DNA of 64,000 nucleotides from Chthoniobacterales bacterium (GTDB lineage Bacteria; Verrucomicrobiota; Verrucomicrobiia; Chthoniobacterales; UBA6821): NCBI GenBank assembly GCA_019747895.1, contig JAIEQF010000019.1, positions 71,363 to 135,362 of the forward strand, read 5' to 3'. Shown piece by piece: positions 58,096 to 64,000 of this stretch (position 1 is its first letter; each line of letters starts with the position of its first letter). The notes under the pieces were generated by a model. It saw only the letters and a program-made list of their open reading frames with translations, ran no database searches and was not told where the DNA came from. The position numbers and the translations under genes were made by a program.

Positions 58096-58125
58096 CCTGT
58101 AACCTGTAACCTGCAAGCTGTAACC
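58096..58125. repeat. Single ACAGGTT-class arm filling a 46-nt divergent spacer
   Basis: cctgtaacctgtaacctgcaagctgtaacc lies 9 nt from the ATG at 58086 (- strand) and 7 nt from the ruvA GTG at 58133. Confidence 0.85.
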
Positions 58126-58132
58126 TTTCGTC

Positions 58133-58741
58133 GTGATTACATTTGTTGAAGGAACTTTGGAAAGTATATTGCCAACCATGGTGGTGATCAATGCTGGGGG
58201 TATTGGTTATCAAATTTTAATTCCTCTTTCTAGTTTTGATCGCATGGCCGCAGTCGGTTCTCGAGTGCGAGTTTTAACACACCATCACGTTCGAGAAGAT
58301 GCTCAGATTTTATATGGATTTTTGTCGGAGGCCGAGCGTGATTTATTTCGATTGCTCGTGGCGCATGTGTCAGGGGTTGGTCCAAAATTGGCCCTAGCTG
58401 TATTAAGTGGCATGTCGCTGGACCAATTTAAAACTGCTGTCGTCTGCTCAGATATCGCCGCTATTTCTAAAATTTCTGGCGTTGGAAAAAAGACAGCAGA
58501 ACGAATGGTGCTGGAATTAAAAGACAAACTTGGTGTTGCTGCTGGTTGGGAAGCGGCGACCCGTTACCAACAGCTTGGCAGTCCTGAAAAAAATCTCAAT
58601 GATGCTATTTTGGCGCTCATTTCTTTGGGTTACAAACAATCTGAAGCTGATCGCGAAGCGCGGAAGGTCGTTGCAGTTTTGGGAGCAAGTGCCTCGACTG
58701 AGGAGATTGTTCGTGACACGTTAAAACACTTGGTTGCCTAA
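58133..58741 (+). CDS. ruvA: Holliday junction DNA helicase subunit RuvA
   Basis: GTG start. ITFVEGTL...GIGYQILIP, LLVAHVSGVGPKLALAVLS and ISGVGKKTAERMVLELKDK helix-hairpin-helix motifs. Confidence 0.93.
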   Translation: MITFVEGTLESILPTMVVINAGGIGYQILIPLSSFDRMAAVGSRVRVLTHHHVREDAQILYGFLSEAERDLFRLLVAHVSGVGPKLALAVLSGMSLDQFKTAVVCSDIAAISKISGVGKKTAERMVLELKDKLGVAAGWEAATRYQQLGSPEKNLNDAILALISLGYKQSEADREARKVVAVLGASASTEEIVRDTLKHLVA

Positions 58742-58804
58742 TTTAAAAAAAGAATTAATATTTTCGGATTATTCTATTTTTTTAACAGAACGATTTTGAG
58801 CAAT

Positions 58805-60406
58805 ATGAAATGCACCCCAAGAACATTAGTTTATTTTACAACAACCGCTCTTGCAATAGGAGCGCTCTGCTTTCAAGAGTGGCATCCTGCAATGTCATCG
58901 CAGCATGCTCCTTCAGTCCTTGTTCAAGCGAGAGCAAAAAGTAATGGTGCTTGTTCAAAAGCAAACTGGGACTCCTTGCTCTTAGCTACACCAGCTCCTT
59001 TAGATCATCCTTCCGAACAAGAGCTCGCCGATTTTCCGGGAGCAACGGTGGTAGAATCTGAGGAGATTGATGATCCAGAAGTTTCAGGCCAAAAGATACG
59101 GATGAGGATTTTGAAAACCAATTTTAAATCGCCTTATGTTCGGACCGAAGAGATGGTTGATGCCGCCTCCGGAGCCTTATTGGGACGAGTAGAGATGGCT
59201 GCAGACCATTTCCTCTTAAACTTGCCGGAGGGAAGTCATCCTCAAGAGATCTTTAATCATTTTGGTCCCGAGGTTGCTTCGATGGAGCCGATTACGCCTG
59301 CTTCTGATACTTGGGTTGTTCATCTCGCCAATGCGTCTTTGGAAACATTGCCAGATGTATTATGGTTTCAAGCTGCTGGCATGGGAGAGCCCGATCGCAT
59401 TTATGGACTTAATGATTTAACCTCCAGTCAAATCAATCAAGAGCAATGGGCGCTTCCTACAATTCACGCTCCTGAGGCTTGGAATATTAGAAATATGGCA
59501 GCGAAACCAGTTACCGTTGCCATCATTGATACAGGAATTCGCTATACTCACGAAGACCTACAAGGAAATATGTGGACAAATCCCGATCCTGCTGCTCCTG
59601 ACCATTATGGAACTAATGCTGTGGCTGGAACTGGTGATCCTATGGATGATTGCGGTCACGGAACGCATTGTGCTGGGATCATTGGAGGAACAGGGGTTGG
59701 CATTAAAGGTGTTGCTCCTCAAGTGCAACTCATGGCTTGCAAATATATGAATGCCCAGGGGCAAGGGATGTTGAGTGATGAAGTCGCTTGCCTTCACTAT
59801 GCTGTAGATCATGGCGCGACAGTTCTGAATTGCAGCTATGGAATAGCACTCGGTTTTTCTAAAGGTGGTTTTTCCATTAATACTCCTTTCTCCTTCTTTT
59901 CAAAAACGGAATATGACGCCATGAAATATGTTGGTACAAAGGGAGCCGTTATTGCGATTGCTGCAGGCAATGATGCAAATAATAACGATGGATTTCATGC
60001 TTATCCTGCCAGCTATTGTGTGGATAATAAATATATGGGTTTTCCAAAAGAACAGACTGCACCAGCTCTTGATAATATTGTCAGCGTTGCTGCCACTGAC
60101 GAACAAGATCAGCTGTGTGGTTTTTCAAATTATGGTGCTCACAATGTTCTTATAGCTGCTCCTGGAAGAGATATTTTTTCAACATATAGTTTTTCTGACA
60201 CAGCGCGGACATTTATGAGCGGTACTTCCATGGCTGCACCTCATGTGGCTGGCGCGTTAGCATTGATGAAAGCAAAATTTCCTGGTCGTTCTAACCAAGA
60301 GTTGATTGCCCATCTTTTGGAAGCAACGGATCCTCTTCCCTCCTTAGAAGGCAAAACTAAATCTGGTGGACGCCTCAATCTTTTGAAGGCACTGACATGG
60401 GATTAG
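58805..60406 (+). CDS. Secreted subtilisin-like serine peptidase (S8 family)
   Basis: Catalytic triad contexts AIIDTGI (D), HGTHCAGIIGG (H) and SGTSMAAPHVAGA (S). The track start is TTG 58796; the ATG at 58805 is preferred. Confidence 0.9.
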   Translation: MKCTPRTLVYFTTTALAIGALCFQEWHPAMSSQHAPSVLVQARAKSNGACSKANWDSLLLATPAPLDHPSEQELADFPGATVVESEEIDDPEVSGQKIRMRILKTNFKSPYVRTEEMVDAASGALLGRVEMAADHFLLNLPEGSHPQEIFNHFGPEVASMEPITPASDTWVVHLANASLETLPDVLWFQAAGMGEPDRIYGLNDLTSSQINQEQWALPTIHAPEAWNIRNMAAKPVTVAIIDTGIRYTHEDLQGNMWTNPDPAAPDHYGTNAVAGTGDPMDDCGHGTHCAGIIGGTGVGIKGVAPQVQLMACKYMNAQGQGMLSDEVACLHYAVDHGATVLNCSYGIALGFSKGGFSINTPFSFFSKTEYDAMKYVGTKGAVIAIAAGNDANNNDGFHAYPASYCVDNKYMGFPKEQTAPALDNIVSVAATDEQDQLCGFSNYGAHNVLIAAPGRDIFSTYSFSDTARTFMSGTSMAAPHVAGALALMKAKFPGRSNQELIAHLLEATDPLPSLEGKTKSGGRLNLLKALTWD

Positions 60407-61430
60407 TAAGGTTCTTACTTGCGATCAGTGTTGTCTTTATCATTCTGCTCGCCCACATCGTGGGCTAACGCTGGTTGACCGGCTTGCCGCTGTAAAATTC
60501 TTTTTCATGATATCGGGTTTTCATATGGCTCTTATTCTGAATGGAAAATATACGAGCTATTCCTCTTTTATCATTAATAGATTTCTCAAGTTGTTTCCTA
60601 CTTATTGGATCGTCTTGATGTTGTGCCTGATTTATGCGCCTCATATTAATTTTCAGGGCCTCCCTCAACCATTTTCAATTTATTATATTTTTTCCAACTT
60701 GTTCATCATTGGATCTAACTTCACAGTGATCATTGTTGAGCAAGCAGGACACTTTGCAATTTCACCCTTGAGTGTTCCGTTGGAAGGGCAACAAACAACT
60801 TGGAATTATTTATATCTTCCTCCCATTTGGAGTTTGAGTGTTGAAATAGTTTTTTATTTTTTGGCCCCTTTTTTATTAGCCCATGGCTACTTTAAGCGAA
60901 AAATGTTGGGCATGTTTTGTGTCAGTCTCTTAGTGAATCTTTTTTTGGTTATGAATCATGCTTGGCGGCCTCCATGGAACTATAACTTCCTAGCACCAAT
61001 CCTTTATTTGTTCATATTGGGGGCTCTTGGGTGGCGTTTTTATCACTCTTCATTTTTTAAAACTTACTACCATTGGAGTTTGGGACTTGCCTCGCTCCTC
61101 TCTCTCTGTGCCTATATTGTGGGGTATCAGTTTATGCCAAGTCATATTAATTTACACGTGATTCCAAGAGCTGTTGAGCCAGCATCTTTAGGCATCCTCC
61201 TTTTTGCAATAGGCATTCCCTTTATTTTTGAGTTTTCAAAGCGCAATAAAATAGATCGTTTTTTTGGTGGCTTGTCATACCCTCTCTACATCGGTCATTT
61301 TTTTATCATTCATTACTTTCCTTATTTAAAACAATGGAATCCTTTGATTGGAAGTCTGCTTTTAGCCATCGTTCTCGATGTTTGTGTTATAAAAACGATA
61401 GATCGATATCGAGCACGACTGGTAAAATAA
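60397..61430 (+). pseudogene. Acyltransferase-3 family membrane protein, apparently frameshifted near codon 23
   Basis: The ATG at 60397 encodes MGLVRFLLAISVVFIILLAHIVG then a stop at 60466-60468. The family continues in another frame (LVDRLAAVKFFFMISGF...), which is track ORF 60507..61430. One missing nt around 60460-60465 would join them. Confidence 0.6.
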
Positions 61431-61451
61431 TGAGTTCCTGTTTTTAGGGTC

Positions 61452-62774
61452 ATGAATCAAAAATTTTCTTCTCCATCAGATGTTGATTCGATCTTACAGC
61501 GGCTCCATGCTGCGATGCCCGAAGAGGGACTTTTTTCTGAAAAATCGTGGCGACAGTCACCAGAGCCATTTTTTATTTCTCCAGAATTTAAAAAATCGTT
61601 AGAGCAACTAGGACACCGACTGCATCAATTTAATAAGGCATGTGATCTTCTCTACCGCTTGAGTATTGAAGGACGTCAGCCTGATTGGATCGCTGAATTG
61701 CTTGAACAAGGAAAGCCTGCGGAATTGATCAAACTCGCTCGAGCAAAAATTTTTCAAGGAGAAACAGCGTGTGTGATCCGTCCTGATCTACTCATGACCG
61801 AGGAGGGATTGAAAATTTGTGAGCTTGATAACATCCCTGGTGGCATCGGCTTGACGGCTTGGTTGCAAGAGGTCCACAGCAGCTTTGGAGCAGAGGTGGT
61901 TGGAGGGTCGCACGGAATGCTGGAAGGATTTTGTTCCATTATTCCTGGTGGTGACATTATTGTTTCCGAAGAAGCCTCGACGTATCGCCCTGAGATGAAG
62001 TATCTCGTGAGGCGTCTTCATGAGCAATTTCCTGAAAAAAAATGGCGTCTTCTTTCTGAACAGCATCAGGAAAAATGGGCCTCACAGGTCTATCGCTTCT
62101 TTGAACTTTTTGATTTGCCAAACATTCCTTGTGCGCATGATCTTTTTGAGCGTGCTCTTGCTAAGGAAATTTCAATCACGCCACCGCCTAAACCACAGCT
62201 CGAAGAAAAACTTTGGTTTGCTCTTTTTTGGATGAAGCCGCTTCAAGAATTTTGGATTCGAGAATTGAGCCAACGTGGATGGGAACAATTAAAAAAAGTC
62301 ATTCCTTACACATGGATCTTAAATCCATCACCATTACCTCCAAATGCGGTCTATCCTCAATTGGAAGTTCAATCATGGAATGAAGTGGCTCAATTTAGCC
62401 AGCGCGAGCGCAACCTTGTCATCAAGATTAGCGGTTTTGATGAGCGGGCTTGGGGTTCGCGTAGCGTTGTGATTGGCAGCGATTCTTCCAAGCAAGAGTG
62501 GGGAGAGGCGCTTGCCAAGGCCTTAGGAGAATTCCCTGAACACCCACATATCCTGCAAGTTTTTCATCACTCGCTCGTTCACGAGCATTCTTATTTTAAT
62601 GACGATCAAGAAGTCGTCATGATGAAAGGACGTGTGCGATTGACTCCTTACTATTTTATCACTGATCAAAAAATAAATCTCGGTGGTGCGCTCGCAACGA
62701 TTTGTCCTGCCGATAAAAAATTACTTCATGGCATGAGTGATGCGATTCTTGTTCCCGCATCGCTTCGCAGCTAA
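61452..62774 (+). CDS. 440-aa cytoplasmic protein, possibly ATP-grasp-like (glutathionylspermidine-synthase / circularly permuted ATP-grasp style)
   Basis: VIRPDLLMTEEGLKICELDNIPGGIG resembles the R.D.......lk..E.N..P motif of those families. Functional call is weak; coding call is good. Confidence 0.55.
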   Translation: MNQKFSSPSDVDSILQRLHAAMPEEGLFSEKSWRQSPEPFFISPEFKKSLEQLGHRLHQFNKACDLLYRLSIEGRQPDWIAELLEQGKPAELIKLARAKIFQGETACVIRPDLLMTEEGLKICELDNIPGGIGLTAWLQEVHSSFGAEVVGGSHGMLEGFCSIIPGGDIIVSEEASTYRPEMKYLVRRLHEQFPEKKWRLLSEQHQEKWASQVYRFFELFDLPNIPCAHDLFERALAKEISITPPPKPQLEEKLWFALFWMKPLQEFWIRELSQRGWEQLKKVIPYTWILNPSPLPPNAVYPQLEVQSWNEVAQFSQRERNLVIKISGFDERAWGSRSVVIGSDSSKQEWGEALAKALGEFPEHPHILQVFHHSLVHEHSYFNDDQEVVMMKGRVRLTPYYFITDQKINLGGALATICPADKKLLHGMSDAILVPASLRS

Positions 62775-64000
62775 GCGTAAGAGATAAATGCAGAGACAAT
62801 AGCTTGCGGAATATCGAGTATTTTGTAATTGGTGGAAGAAACAAAAAGAATGCTTTGGTTTCCTTTTCCAAGGAGATTTCCCTCGCCGTCATGAATTTCA
62901 TGCTCCAGGGTAACGAACTTGCGGTTGTAGCTCGCAACGCGGATCCGCACACAAACAGTGTCAAACTCGCTTATCTCACGCACAAATTTGTGCTCGAAAG
63001 AACGTGTTAAAATATAGAAGGGAGTGTCTTTTAAGTTGAACTTAGGTAGGACTTGATTAAAGAAAAGTTCGCGTGTTTTGCCAACCCACATCGCATACAT
63101 GCCGAAGTAAACATTACCGACAGAATTGGTATCCCCATACGTGGCAACAAAAGAATGTACAAACCATTTTCCTTCAAAGTGACCTGCAATCGAGTGAGCA
63201 GGGACTCCAGTTGAAGCAGGTTGAAGTTCAAGAACAGTTCGTGATTCTGTCGGAGCGCGTAGGGGAGCAATTTCTTGAGCAGAGACTTGATCCAGTTCTT
63301 CGCTGCCAGTTGCAAAATCTTCACCAGCCATCGGTTTTAGCATGAGCCAAATAACATATCCTAGTGGCATCAAAGCGCTGAGAATTTGAAAGAGTGGCAA
63401 ATGCGATAAGTACCCAAAGGAAAAAATAACTACGGCAAGCGATCCGATGCAAAACATTTTTACTTGTGGGATCACGCTGACAGGCCCATTCATAAAGGCT
63501 CGGCCGATCGATAGAGCTTCGTAGCCTACAAAAAAGGTAGCAAAGAAAATCATGAAGTATTCCAATTCAAGCCCAACAGCTGCTGCTGTGAGCGCAATGA
63601 GACCACAAAAAATAAAAGGAATAATGGGAGAGGTGAGTAACCAAGAAGGAATCAATGAAAAGATTGGATGATTGCTGCGGTTGACATTGCTTTTTAAAAA
63701 CCAACGAAGGGCAATGTAGCCACTATCAAGTGTTGTTAAGATGCAGATAGAAAGGAAGGTCAAGTAAGCGCCAAAGAACCACGGTTGATAAGTGACGTTG
63801 GAGGAGAGGAGGCGCGTGATTAAATCCTCAGAATAGGCATAACCTGCAATTCCCTCGTGGACTAGTTGTGAGGCTCCTGAAGAAAAAGCCCAGAGTGCTA
63901 AAATGCCATGAAACAAGAGGAGCGCACCGAAGAGAATGGCTCCTGCGGCATAGGCGCTCGTGATGGAAATATTTTCACGATGAATTTGAATGGCTCGTTG
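62771..64000 (-). CDS. Polytopic membrane domain fused to a C-terminal 4HBT/YbgC-type hotdog thioesterase; 5' end beyond the window
   Basis: C-terminal YGDTNSVGNVYFGMYAMWVGKTRELFF matches the Y.DTD..G.V.h..Y thioesterase N-terminal motif. The frame stays open from the TTG at 63916 to position 64000, so the gene is truncated by the window edge. Confidence 0.7.
   Translation of the reverse strand, partial: QRAIQIHRENISITSAYAAGAILFGALLLFHGILALWAFSSGASQLVHEGIAGYAYSEDLITRLLSSNVTYQPWFFGAYLTFLSICILTTLDSGYIALRWFLKSNVNRSNHPIFSLIPSWLLTSPIIPFIFCGLIALTAAAVGLELEYFMIFFATFFVGYEALSIGRAFMNGPVSVIPQVKMFCIGSLAVVIFSFGYLSHLPLFQILSALMPLGYVIWLMLKPMAGEDFATGSEELDQVSAQEIAPLRAPTESRTVLELQPASTGVPAHSIAGHFEGKWFVHSFVATYGDTNSVGNVYFGMYAMWVGKTRELFFNQVLPKFNLKDTPFYILTRSFEHKFVREISEFDTVCVRIRVASYNRKFVTLEHEIHDGEGNLLGKGNQSILFVSSTNYKILDIPQAIVSAFISYA

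Overview
This is 64 kb of a low-GC, densely coding bacterial chromosome with about 55 credible protein genes and one tRNA. All calls come from reading the sequence and remembered family motifs, with no searches run.

**Housekeeping content**
- A complete F1Fo ATP synthase operon (atpBEFHAGDC, 27.0-34.0 kb) and cytochrome bd oxidase (cydAB).
- carB, icd, tkt, lepA, lepB, accA, rsmI, rph, rpmB, ruvA and hpt.
- A clade-3-type catalase, a DEAD-box helicase and an Sfp-type PPTase.
- A GspD-like secretin and BamD-/LptE-like envelope lipoproteins.
- A rhodanese/SufE-like pair, a subtilase and a sulfotransferase.

The gene content gives an impression of the PVC superphylum (Verrucomicrobia-like). The basis is the secretin with a long S/P/T-rich extension, the 23S-IVS/Avd-type four-helix-bundle genes, and start regions with no Shine-Dalgarno. 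This is an impression only.

**Main finding: non-coding hairpin elements**
- Almost every intergenic spacer carries a long imperfect hairpin whose two arms are tandem 7-9 nt words.
- There are at least six different word classes.
- In every pair I could align, the purine-rich arm comes first and the pyrimidine-rich arm second.
- The pyrimidine arm often ends 7-11 nt before the next start codon.
- These elements also sit inside essential operons (atpE|atpF, atpG|atpD, cydA|cydB).
- They are nested with several GC-rich repeat modules and a TA-flanked MITE.
- In two cases they carry a four-helix-bundle (Avd/23S-IVS family) gene as cargo, on either side of icd.
- One GC-rich module pair lies in frame inside a membrane-protein gene.

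**Other leads**
- An orphan type III secretion class II chaperone sits next to an unusual low-charge 388-aa protein.
- A proline-rich basic 135-aa protein and a homopolymer-interrupted gene both carry NLS-like basic patches.
- An acyltransferase-3 gene is frameshifted.
- An acyltransferase / ATP-grasp-like / membrane-thioesterase cluster lies at the right edge.

No rRNA, CRISPR array, transposase or integrase gene was seen.
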